The notes beneath the pieces were generated by a model. That model had not been told where the DNA came from. It did not search any database and worked only from the letters and a program-made list of their open reading frames with translations. The position numbers and the translations under genes were made by a program. Of a stretch of 64,000 nt of DNA, positions 37,963-50,000 are shown piece after piece (position 1 is the first letter of the stretch; every line of letters begins with the position of its first letter). This DNA is from Guillardia theta CCMP2712 (Eukaryota; Protista; Cryptophyta), in NCBI RefSeq assembly GCF_000315625.1, contig NW_005434656.1:169741-233740 (forward strand), read 5' to 3'.

Positions 37963-40900
37963 TCAGTCCTTCTGCAGTATCGTCACGCTGTCCACAACCT
38001 TCCCCGATGGCACCGCGTCCTGTGTGGGGCTAGTGAGCTCGAGTCGCCATAGCGGGCGATCACCATGGAGCAGTCTTCCTTGCAGCCGACTTGGACGCCT
38101 GGCTCGAGATGCAGCGATCGCCCGAGCTCTTCCTCAACGCGTCAGTCCCAAGTCATCCGCAACTCCTGCCATCACCGTCGACGGTCGGCTCGTGGTTCAC
38201 CTTGAGGCTCTCCACAAACTCGAGCTTCAGCGCTGACTTGCTCGCTGTCACTCGGACAAAACTGCCGGGCGAGTGAGTGGAAGGAGGAAGGGAACGTGGA
38301 GACGCAGCGTCGTCGCTCTCACCCGAAGTCCGACAGCATCTTCCTCTGCCAGCCGTACTTCTTCGGGTCCCGTGGCCCAGCAGGCGAGCTGGGCCGCCAG
38401 TCGCCTGGACCTGTGGCGTTGATTCTCTGTTGGAGAGATCAGCACGAGGCAACGGGGGAGGGAGAGGAACAAGAGGATGGGGATGAGAGGTAAGACTTGA
38501 GCGAGTGGGGCAGGAGAGAGATGGAAAGCAGGGAGGGAGGAGGGGAGGGAGGGAGGGAGGGAGGGAGGGAGGGAGGAAATCGTATGAAAATGAAGGCGAT
38601 AAGGGATCAAAAGGAGGAGATCAGGAGGCAAAGTCACCTCGCAGTACCCGCACTTGGAGTACTCGGTCCCTTGGATGAGGCAGCAATTCTCGTTGTCGTA
38701 ACAAGCAAACTTTGAAAGTTTCAGCTCAACATCGCAGTCTCCAGCCTTCGCTCACATCATCGGAGGCACAGGGCCCGCAGCGCCGCCTGTAGAACAAGCC
38801 CCCGACACAGTAGAAGTGCCGATGGACCTCGTCTCTCGCTCTGTACACAAGTCGCGCCCCTCCTGTCCCCACGACCGCATAGGTGACGCCGAACTCGTCG
38901 GAGGACTGCATGTTCAGGTCCTTGTAGACTGGCGCCGTCCTGAGGTACCTGCGGGAAGGGAGCAGGTCAAGACCGCCGGTCACGGCATGCTCTCATACCT
39001 GTGCTCGTGCCCTGACAAGACGAGGTCCACCTTGTGATCTCTGGTGGATGGCTGGTTAGGGAAGGAAGGGGACTGGGGAGAGGAGGAGGAGGAGGTTCAG
39101 GAGGTATGGGAGGACAAGGCGGAACAGGGGAGAGGCGGAGAGGTCAACCTGAAGAGAGGCTCTAGATGCTGTTGCATGTGATCGCTGACGTTCTGTTCCC
39201 TGGCGAACAAGTTCAGACGTCAGAGCAGCACGAGGTGTCCCTTACATGTCGTTGTCTATCCTGCCGTAGATGGAGCGATGCATGGCCACCACCACCCACG
39301 GCGTCATCGCCCGGTCGGTGTTGAGGAGAGTATCCTTTATCCAGCTGTACTGCACACTCCCCTTGCGGTAGTCGTGCTCGCTCGAGACCACGATGACCCT
39401 GACCGAGCCGTAGTCGAAGGAATACCAGAAGTTGCCGTTCCCCTTGCCGTCAGGCATGTGAAACCTCTTGGAAAAGGGTACTCCACACTCTCCTCCTCCG
39501 TCGTCTCCATAGTTTCCCCAGCTAGGGTGGAAGCCTGCAGGCTCCCGCGCCTTGACAGCGTCGGGGAGAGAGGGATCGTTGGCTTGAAGCTTGTAGCTGG
39601 ACCTGATCTCCGCCTGCATTTCCTGTCCTCGCACTGAGTGATCGTCTATCCACTCGATCACGTCCTTCCCATCCTCCTGCGACATCAGCACCACGGGGAT
39701 CGTCGCATCCCCCACGAAGCTAGGATCGGACTCGTTCCTTGCCAGCTGCAACGCACCCTGCTCCGGGGTGATAATGATAACAGCAGAAGCACCATAGAGC
39801 TCCGCGACACTCGCCTGAGACAGGATGGAGCAGCTGCTGGAGTAGAGCACTACGATCTTGTGCTCGTAGAGCACCTTCCCACTGACGATCTCCTGACCGT
39901 CCGGCTTGGAGGAGAAGCAGAAGTCAGCGGCGAGCGACGTGCCCTTGAAGTAGTTTCCTCCTCCTCGGATGATTGTCCCCTTCACCCGCTCCAGGGACGT
40001 AGGGAAGGGGTAGTCGGGGGTCGACCAAGTCCTGTAGTGCATCCTGGCCGAGGACGCCGGGGGAATAAGGGACAAGGAGGTCCCAGGGAGGTGATCATAC
40101 TCGTGGTTGCCCACCGTCACCATAAACGGGACTTGCGAGGCGATCGGCTCGACCAGCTTCCCCCACTGCTCCCACACGTACGCCCTCCCCATGGCGTAAC
40201 TGATGTCTCCCAGATGTAGTACCATCCCGGCCGAGCCGGAGCTGACGTGCTTCAGGATCTCGCTGTTGACGTTCTCAGGCGCGTTGTTGGTCGTGTGGCC
40301 GTTGCCCTGGAAGACGCTGACCCCCGAGTCTCCATACGCGATGAAGCTCACTTCCTGCTCCTTGCCCACCCAGGGAGGAGCGACAAAAGACATCTCATCG
40401 CTCATCATCAGCCCCGCCGGCCATCCCTTCACGTTCGCATGTCCCAAACTTGCGGCAGACCATCCTCCAGGAGCATCTTGACATCCTACCCTGTAGAAGT
40501 ATCTTCGACCCGGCTCCAACGATGTCATGACGGCGTCATAAATGTAACCAGGATCCAGGAAGTTCTGTGCTCGTTCCGTGTTCGCAGGGGCTCCGCAGAG
40601 GTCATCGGCCGTGTAAGTGGTGAAGGAGGGCTTAACTCGATGCTCATACCTGCAGTGAGGGACCTCCTCTCCTGCCTCACTCACGCAAGACTCCTCACTG
40701 AAGAGCACCACAGCCCCTCCAAACGGCTTCCCAGGGCATGCTTCTGATACCCACATAACCCGCATCTCGGTCGGTTCCGAGGTCATGGAGAGTCTCACCT
40801 GTGTGGGCTCATGCGCAGGAAAGCTCGGCCTGGTCCCACTGACTGAGACGAGGAAGAAGACGTTCTCGTGGCAGTGGTGGTTGGGGCAGAACACCATCGA

Positions 40901-41593
40901 ACCCAGGTTGGAGTCCGTACTTACAAACAGCGCTCTGTCGTTGGGGAAGCTGCCCTTGCGGAAGTACCGCACCTCGTAGCCTCCAGGCACGCGATGGTTG
41001 AAGAGCCTGATGTTGATCCATCCTCGACCGTCGTACCATGTGCTGCACTCCGTCACCGGGTGTTTCTCGAGGTAGTCGTGGTTGTCGGACTCGGGCGAGA
41101 GGTACAGAGCAATGAAGTCATCAGCAGTACCCCCGAGTATCCCGGTCCAATGAATCCTCACCGTCTCACCATTCTTGACGTTGGTCTTTGAGAACCAGAT
41201 CCGAGCTCCGTCCTGCTTGACCTTCACCTCCTCCATTGGGCTCACTTTCGTCCCGACAATCATATCGTCCTTGCCAATGCTCCCTCCTTCCGCGATTTCT
41301 AGCTGTTTCCACGCATCCTCGAGCTCCTTTTGCGCATCTTGAAGCTTGCCTCTCAACAGTCTCGCTTCTTCCACGCTGCTCTCCTGATCGCCAGCTACGT
41401 ATCCGCTCTTCTGGATGTTTGTGGCGACCTCCAACCAATTCGGACTAGCCAACACCTGCTGCTTGCCGCCAGCATGGGCGCTTCCCTTTCCTGCTAGCAT
41501 GATGGGGATCACTTCATACCTTCCCACCAACACCACCAGTGCCAGCGCCAGAGCCAGCATGCCCAGCATGACGCCGCTTGCCCTCGCCACCAT
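37963..41593 (-). CDS. Purple acid phosphatase (nucleotide pyrophosphatase/phosphodiesterase-type) with N-terminal membrane anchor, inserted PA domain and Cys-rich insert
   Basis: All five metal-binding motifs are present: YGDSG, GDISY, GNHEYD, VAMHR and SGHEH. Also PAP N-terminal motifs (DFIALY, PTQVRLS, DPGYIYDAVMTSLEPGRRYFYRVG), GGECGVP and FWYSFDYGSV. Confidence 0.93.
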
Positions 41594-41744
41594 CGTCACC
41601 GAAGGGGCAGCGCTTTATCGCTCATTCAGACTTCATCGCCCTCATCACCCCGGGCCCGGCGCCGCCGGCCCGCCCTGCCGCCGGGGCCGGAGCCTCCGGG
41701 AGGCTTCCGAACTGTCATTGACTCAGGCTGGTCCGATCACTTTC

Positions 41745-41867
41745 CTTTACTCAAAGTTAAGTGAAAAATCAGTACGAGGACAATCAGGATACTATGATAG
41801 TCGAGGAGGCTTGACCCTGACACTCACTGAGACGGTCAGTTTGCACAGGCCAAACGGCGAGAAGAGA
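41745..41867 (-). repeat. Dispersed ~120-bp non-coding element, copy A
   Basis: Reverse complement shares tctcttctcgccgtttggcc, agtgtcagggtcaagcctcctcgact, cctgattgtcctcgtactgattttt and ttaactttgagtaaag with 59045-59156. Confidence 0.9.
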
Positions 41868-42920
41868 CTCAGTAGTCACCGGATGCCGCAGGATGGCCGG
41901 ATAGTGATGGCCCGGCCCGGAGTCCGTGCGGACCGACTTCACTGGCACGAGTCAAGTTCACGTGAGACGGCTCAGCGGCTGTCATTGAACCGCGCGGCCG
42001 CCCCGGGGAGTCACGGGTCCGGCGGCCCGGCGGCGAGCCGCTGAACTGCCGGGCCCGGCGAAGTCTGCCCTGGCAGGCTGAACTGACCGTCGGTGGGCCG
42101 GGGCCCGGCGGCGACACTGCTCCGACGTCCGAGTCCCGGCCGGACTGACGCTCGGGCAGGGCGGCGGCGATCTCAGTCAGCGGCTGAAAATTCCGTCATG
42201 AGAGAGATGCGACCCTTGAAACAAAAATAACTCGAAAGGAGAACTTTTGAGATAATTCGCGGCAAACCGATGCAAGTTTGCCGGGGGCCAGAAAGGCCAC
42301 CCCACCTACCTTAATACTAGTAGAGATGGGTATACCTTTGAGGCGTAAGTGAAAGTTCAGGGATTGTGGGGGTACTCGGATGGAAAGATCAGGGTGGGGT
42401 ATTATGTAAAAGGCATTTTAGGAAACTTTTGTAAAACTACTTTTTGTAGTTGGCAGCAATGCAGGCATCGTAAATACAGGTGAGATTCGAAGATGGGCGG
42501 AAGGATGGGAAGAGCATGGAGGAATGATGGGAAGGAGAGGAGGGAAATGACAAGTCATGAAAGATTGAGATGGAAGAAAGAGAAACAGAGATAGGATGTT
42601 TTAGATTGTGTCAGAGATAGAAAATAGTCGGTAACTTTCAACTGACGAATAGTGGTGACGAAGAATATCTGGTTTTGGGAGGAGAGAAACGGATAGGCAC
42701 AGTCCCTGAAAACATTATATTCTAATCTCTGAAAAAAATCGCAAAAATGCTGCCTCATTTTGTAATGACGCAGGCCAAATGATTTGATGGTTTGGTGATC
42801 GAATTGGAGATGATTTCGAAGCATTTGTTAACCGCAAATCTATTTCTTACTTGGCAATGCATAAGTTTGGCGGACAGACAACACAGCGACCAAATAGCTG
42901 CATCTCTCTCTGAACGAGAT

Positions 42921-43808
42921 ATGTCAATATATAGGAGGCTGACTTGCCCGATACCAAACTGCCTGAACATCGATGGGCAGGGGGAAGCAGAAAAATACTC
43001 GCCGAAAAAGTGCAAACTGTGTGGCAAAGAAAATGAAATGACATCGGCTGTCAATCATAAAGGGGTTTACAGCTCGTTAGACCAGCGGTATGTTACATCG
43101 CAGCACCGTTCTGTTGAGTTGACTGAACCCGTCCGGGAGACCCTCCACTCCCCCGATGCTGTCAAGATACCCGAGCGCTCACGTCTTGCTATGGTTTCTG
43201 ATGGATGGCCAGTGGCAAACTCGTCGTGGAAGTCAAAGTACAGCGATGAGCCCAGGGACAAGGGAGTCAAACGTAAGCGTGCTGAACAGATATCGCATTC
43301 GGAAGTAACGTCAGAAGAGCATACCAGTAGCTCTTTTTCCTACACATCTTCCGCGCAGCTTCAGCAGGCGGAGCCAAAGCAGTTTCCGATAGCACAACTC
43401 AAGAGTAAGCCACTGAAGCTCACGCCGGTAAGCTATTTCTCTCTTGAACCATGCTCAATGCGGCACGAGTTGGGAGCCCTGACGGTAGTCCCCAGGACCT
43501 TCCAGAGCTGTCAGTGAAGATCGTGAAGCTTTGTCAGAGCTGTGGGAGACAGTGCAACGGCACTTGGATAATGGTCTGGCTCACCTCCAGAACATGAAAC
43601 CTTTACTTACTCTTGCACATCGCAGGGGTACGACGCGGTGCACTGCAGTGACTTTTGTTTAAAGATAACAGAATCGATGTTGGAAAAAGAGGACGAGATG
43701 AATATGAACAACGAGATGATGGCAGGCATGTCAACAGCAGGAAGTTCAGAATATGATCCCGAACACGAGGATTACATATCCAAAACCACAGCGTTCAAAC
43801 CAACATGA
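42921..43808 (+). CDS. Small zinc-binding protein with an N-terminal Cys cluster and C-terminal FCS/FLZ-like zinc finger (3 exons)
   Basis: CPIPNC...CKLC near the N-terminus. The spliced C-terminus reads CQSCGRQCNGTWIM/GYDAVHCSDFC. Confidence 0.6.
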
Positions 43809-44008
43809 GTGCAGATGTCTACTTGGTGCAACACAGGAATTTCTCGGCAAGCATCTGAAAACAAATTCCATCTATTCTTTTGTAAGATTACTCAAATGAA
43901 AATAGCCTTTCTGTAAAGAATCTAGAAAATCAACTTCATATATGTTACAAAAGAGTTGAACGCTGCATAACTTCAACAATTTTGAAATGGTGCCTGCTTC
44001 GCTCGCTG

Positions 44009-44726
44009 TCATGAATATCGTCGAATGATCTCTGCTAAGCCCCAAATCCCTATGGCCAGCACAACTACAAAAATAAAAGCTCGGATGGCAATTTGAATCG
44101 GGCCTGCGTGAGACACATCAGAACTAGCTGCAAGCGGCTGTGTTTATGAGGGTGTACTCACCAATCTTAGCACTGACTTCAGGATTCACAATATCTTCTG
44201 TTGCTTCATACTCGGCCTCTGCAGATATCACCTCTGCCACTTGTGTCTGTCGCTTGTCTCCTTTGACTCGAGCTTTAACGTCCTTCTCCAGTCTGTACTT
44301 TGGTATTATGAACGCAGTATCGGGCTCCACATTGCCAGTATCGCCTTGAAGGACAATGGTCTCCTCGGATGTCGACCGCAGGTTGCTTCTAGGGCTGCTT
44401 TCTTCCGACTGGGGGCGACTGTCTCTGGCGTGAGAATGGCTGCGAAACTTTTCCACTGCACGCCGAAGGCTGTCCGCTGAGTTCATCGCGTTCGACAATG
44501 AATAAGATGGCATGTCTGTCCGCACCTGAGCTTTCAGCTGCTCCTTCTGAAGCTGGAGCTGGTGTGCCTCTTGCTGAGCCAACCTGCTGATCAGCTCCGC
44601 CTGCTGGCGCTGTTGCGCTTCTATCCGCTTTTCAAGCTCTTTCACCCTGGACTCCGAAGGAATACCCTCAGCATCCAACTCGGCCTCGCCCGGGAGGCTG
44701 GGAATATGCTGGTTCAGGTAGTTCAT
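44009..44726 (-). CDS. Hypothetical protein with coiled coil and C-terminal transmembrane helix (5' exons uncertain)
   Basis: 200-aa ORF with a Q/E-rich coiled coil. The spliced last exon reads IAIRAFIFVVVLAIGIWGLAEIIRRYS*. Confidence 0.5.
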
Positions 44727-47057
44727 AATGACCTGGATAATTCCTCTTGGCGAGCGCAGGATTTAGTGAGGTCACAGGCACCCATTCTCATTGCTATTGG
44801 TTCTCAGCAGAGATCGTTGAACAATCTTCATTGCAGAAATTCATCCATGTTGCCATGTCATGGTCGCCTGAAATTTCTGAGGTCAGCAATGTGCAGATTA
44901 TTATCTAAAAGGTAATAACATGAGCAACAGAAGGGAGAGCACTCATGCGCAAAAGTACAAGCGGGAATAACTTTGGGGCTACAATCAGAATCGATGGAAA
45001 AGGCTACAAGCTGCGGGTGGTTGCGCAATCATCATCAAAATCAATTGAACTCCCGTTGTGTTTTCACATCCAGGACGAGTCCCCGGTACCATGACAAGCA
45101 GGGCTACAGACATGTCTCTTACGGAACTTAGATCTATTGGAGCCATGAACAGAAATCGAACAAGCTGAGGAGCGATCTATCCGATCGCATGGAGCTGCTC
45201 AGCTGGCCGGGTTAACAGCATTAGCACTATCACTAGGCTGCGAGGAGAGACTATACCTAACCTACTGTGTATCAGACGGTGGGGGTTAACGGGCCAATAG
45301 GGTGGTTTATGAGGGGTGGTTTTGAGGGTAGTTGAGGGGGTTGCCTTGACCCATGGTAATATCATGTAGCCTCGGACCAACGAGTGAGCCTGCAGAGACA
45401 TGGGGGTAGTAGGGGTGTAAATCGGGCCGGCACTACCCGTCACTGAGAGGACGATGTGACCGTACGGTAATGAACTCTGACTAAACTGACTGCTAATAAA
45501 CTGAGGGCAGGCCCTGTCAAACTCAGGCTGTGACTGCCCCTGGCAGGGCCGGGCCGCATGCGGTTCCCGCGTACTAGCGTGACCGAATGCCGCCGGTACG
45601 CCGCCCGGCCCAGGCTGGCCGCGCCGCTCGGCGGCCGGAGGGCCGCCCCGGGGTCACCGGGTTCCGACCGTACAAGTTCGTCAACCCGGATGATACAGTT
45701 TGGACCCGGATCTGCAACTCGGGCCCGATGATCCTCGCCCCCGGCCCGGCCGGGCCCGGGCCCGGGCCCGGGCCCTCACGGTGACAACAAGTGTACGGTA
45801 CTGATGAGTGACGAAGGAAGACCGTTAGAGACGGTTGGTGAAAAGTTCGTTTCCGAAGTTCCATTTTGGACTCTCAGTTTGGACTCACTAAGATCTTTAT
45901 CACCCTATCTTATCTATTTCATTAGGGGGGTGGGGGTCATTTTTTATGAAACCTACGCATTTGGAAGCCATCCCCTCATATCAAGGAGCAGAGGGAGGTG
46001 GGGAGGTGGGGTGGTGGGGTAGTGGGGTCGCCATCTACTTTACTTGCAGGTTTACTTATCAGAAGGGTGGGCTGGGTGAGGGTGGGGATGCACAGGGGTA
46101 TTATGATGGGTAAGGACGTATTCAATGGTGGGGTGGTACTGGATGGCAGAGGAATATAAAGACAAGCCGTTACGAGTGAGGTAGGGTATATAACCCTACC
46201 CTATTTTTGGACCATAGAAAGAGGGGACGGCGTGGAAATATCCTACTGTACACCACCCCGCTAGTCAATCAGCCTACAATCTACCGCATCCACCACCCCA
46301 TCCAGGAGCTCTCAGTACCCACCCTTTTACCATTGCATGTTGCGCCAATCCATCAACCACCCCACTTGGTTGCCCAGTGGAGAGCAATGCAGTGTACGGC
46401 TGCTGCTATGGTAGCTTGACTGAGCGCAGGCCGGAACAGCAATGCTCTCATACCCCCTCTCTTCCTCTCCTACTTCATGGCATCACTTCGTTTGCGTACA
46501 TTGAGCTATCGTTCAGCCATGTCCTTCCTTCAACTGAACTGGGAGATGTGATCATTGTGTGAAGATGAACGTGCAAGACACGACGAGAACTGGATGCGAT
46601 CCCTGTCTTTTACCATGATCAAGTTGTTGCACTGATAATAAGGCAGAATTCACTGTCCTGTAACTTGTACTTCCTCTTTCTTCATAATTATCGCTTTTCT
46701 CTTCACTTTCTCCTTCATATTGCAATGGTCCCTAGCATTTGTTTCGCATCGCCGTGTTGGCAGCTCTGTCTAATATTCCGTGTCCTGTCCGTTCAGATTA
46801 ATTGACATGTTGTTGCAGCTGAAGAAAGATCACGAGATGATGTCAAACATTTGAACAGCGGCAGCAAAATGCATCACTGGTCTGAACAAAACGCATCCTC
46901 GTGAGCTTGAACGCCCTTGTCATTATGTCAGTGATGTATTTCCAGGTCTGGCTCCTTCAAACAGCTTCCCAGAGCTGGGCTTCATTTCTCTGGGGAGTCA
47001 GACCATGTAGTTCTGAACAAGTTCGAGAGGCTCCGACGGTCTTCATCCTTCTCGAAC

Positions 47058-50000
47058 ATGCATGAGGGTATGATGCAATCCCACGGCAGCTTCGATCGCT
47101 TTCAGATGGTGGGAGTGCCTGCAGTACCTTCCAAATCGCAGGTTGACTCCAGCGGGCCATGGCAAGTCATGAAGCAGCTGAAGAACCCCGTCACGAGACA
47201 GAAGGTTCTTCAGCTGCAAACTTTGGTGCTTGGGGTGGACCGCAAAGACCTGGTGTTCAAGTCAGCCACAAGGATGCAGGGGTTCGCCATCAAAGACGTT
47301 TCTCACATCAAAGTGCTTGAAAAGCAGGTCCTGGAGATTCATTTTGGGATCATGGGGAAAGCTAAGAACGTGGTTCACTTCTTCTGCAAAGAGGACATGC
47401 AAGGCTTCATCCAGGCGTTCTGTGCAGAGAGGAAGCCGAAGAGGATATCTGACGGGCAAGGAGCTCGAATGGTCTTCACCTTCACAGAGAGCATGTACGG
47501 GCAGATCATGCGCTCGAAGGCGGTGATGAATTGGCAGAAGCGAATCAAGATGGACAAGTACATGATTGTCAGAGAGAACCCAGGAATTTTCACGCTCTTC
47601 AAGCTGTGGATCGGCAAGATCACCAGCGGGGAAGACCACAATGGCATCTACAGCTCAATGCAGAAGGGATCAAAGTACATCCTGCACCCCATGGCACCGC
47701 TCGCGATCTTCTTTGGACTTCTGTCAGGAATTTTCCTGCTCTACACTGCAATCGTGCTCCCCTTCACGCTCGCTTTCTTCTGGGACCTCCGGCAATGCGA
47801 GAGTTCGCCAACTCTGTACATCGACATGGTGGTGGACGTCTACTTCATATTTGAGATCGTCCTTGCCTTCTTTGTTGGCAGGCAGACTAGGAGGGGATAC
47901 CTGGATAACCATCGTTCCATTGCCAAGGATTACATGCTATCCGGAGATTTTGCCTTCGACATCTTCACCTCGCTTCCAATTGCATGGCTCGAGTTTGCAG
48001 AGAAGCTAACGTGTGACCGAGCGAACAGCAACTCGCGCGTGTACCTCCTCCTCCGTGTGCTTCGCGTGCTGAAACCATGGAGGCTGATCCGCCTGCTCAA
48101 GATCATGCGGCTCAACAGCAAGAAGGTGATGAATCTACTCTACAACTCTATGATGATCAAGCCCGACTCTGTCCGGCTGACCAATCTCGCCTTCGGTGTG
48201 CTCATGTGCATCCATCTGGGGTCCTGCTTCTTCTGGATGATCAAGTACCACACACACACTGCGATTGAGCTGGGAGAGTTCATGCTCGAGTACAACATAC
48301 CAGAGCCCGCTGGATGTGAACCCGACGACAAGATCTGCAGATGCACCAACGCCTGGTCGATCTTCTTGACCTGCTTCTACTTCGTCACCACCGTCTTGAC
48401 AACCGTCGGCTTCGGCGACATCAACGCGACCAACGATGCCGAGCGCATCTTCGTCGTCCTGCTCGAGCTCTGCGGAACGGTGAGAAACATCCTGCAGCCT
48501 TGACGAAGACGCTGACGTGGTCTCTACCTCCTCTGACCTCATCCACTTTCACCTTCCTCCGTCTCTTTGAATCCCCTTCCTCCTCCTCTTTCCCCCTCTT
48601 GTCTTCGCCCTTACCTCCGTGCTCCACCCCTAACTTCTCTCTCTTCTCCCCTCCTCTGTCAATGTAGGTCGTGTTCGCAACGATCATGTCCTCCCTGTCG
48701 TCAGTCTTGGCCAATATGACAGCGAAGGAGCGGGCGAGGGATCACTGTATCGAGACCGCGCGGAACTACCTGATGGGGCACAACATCGACAAGCGGTTGA
48801 TGCAAAGGATCCTCGGGTGGATGGAGTTCAAGCACAGGCTGCTCGCAGACCGCGGGGAGAGAGAGTCGCTGATGGGGATGCTGCCGGCTGGTCTCAGGGA
48901 GGATCTGATGTTGGACCTGAACCAGAAGTTCCTCTACGGCATCCCGATGTTCTTCCATGTCGGCAAGGGCTTCCTCGGCCAGCTCGCGGCAAAGATGCAG
49001 TTTGCGGAGATGCTGGAGGGGGAGAAGGTGCTGCATTACGGGGAGATGTGCGACACCCTCTATATCATCTTCAGCGGGCAGTGTGCGTTGCTCAACGCCA
49101 AGGGAAAGTTGATCGTGAAGATGGAACGAGGGGATTTCTTCGGCGAGTTCGAAGTCCTCCAACCCAGGGTGCAAGACTTCGAGGTCGTCGTTATGCAGCA
49201 GTCGCAAATCTCCTTCGTTACCAAGGCGGATCTTGATGAGGTGAGGCGGAGGAGGAGGCGGAGGCATCGGAAGAGGAGGAGGTAGTGGTGGTGGATTTGG
49301 GGGTAAGCGAGTGGGGGAGAGCGAGGGGGAGGGGGAGGGGGAGGTGGTGCTGGTGAATGAGGGAGTTCAGAGGGTGCTGGGATGGGGAGGGGGAGAGGGG
49401 AAGGAGGGCCGGAGAATATTGAGGATGGGGCCAGGTCTTGCTGGACTATCCGATGCTGGAAAGGAAGCTGCGAGACATCGCGAGCAAGAACAAGTCTGCC
49501 TACTCCTACGTCGGGAGCGCCTTCGTGACCAATAGGACCAAGGCAGACCTCAAGGCAGAGCACAAGGGAGCATCACTCTCGACCATTAAGAAGATGCAGG
49601 ACCTGAAAGATGCCAAGGGAAACAAGCAGAACTCCCTCACGGACCTCTGCACCTCCGTCGATGCCGCCATGTCGTCGGAGAACGACGCGGCCCTCCGCTG
49701 GATCATCCTTTCTTCGCGCATTCTGCGCGCAATCAACAGCGAAGACTCCTGCAACAGGCTGATGAACCGTCTGGTCCACTTCTCCTACAGCATGTACGGA
49801 GTGAACAACCCCAAGAACGTGGACGAGAACGCTGACAACGTCGACGGCGACGACCACAGTGACATCTCTGACTGCAGCCTTGAGTCCCATGAGGATATGG
49901 TCGTGCCGAAGCTGCTGGTGGAGAAGTTTGGAGAGGAGAAGGAGGGAGTGGAGGACGTGAAGGGCGCAAATGGGGGAGTGCAGGAGCAGGAGGAGGAAAG

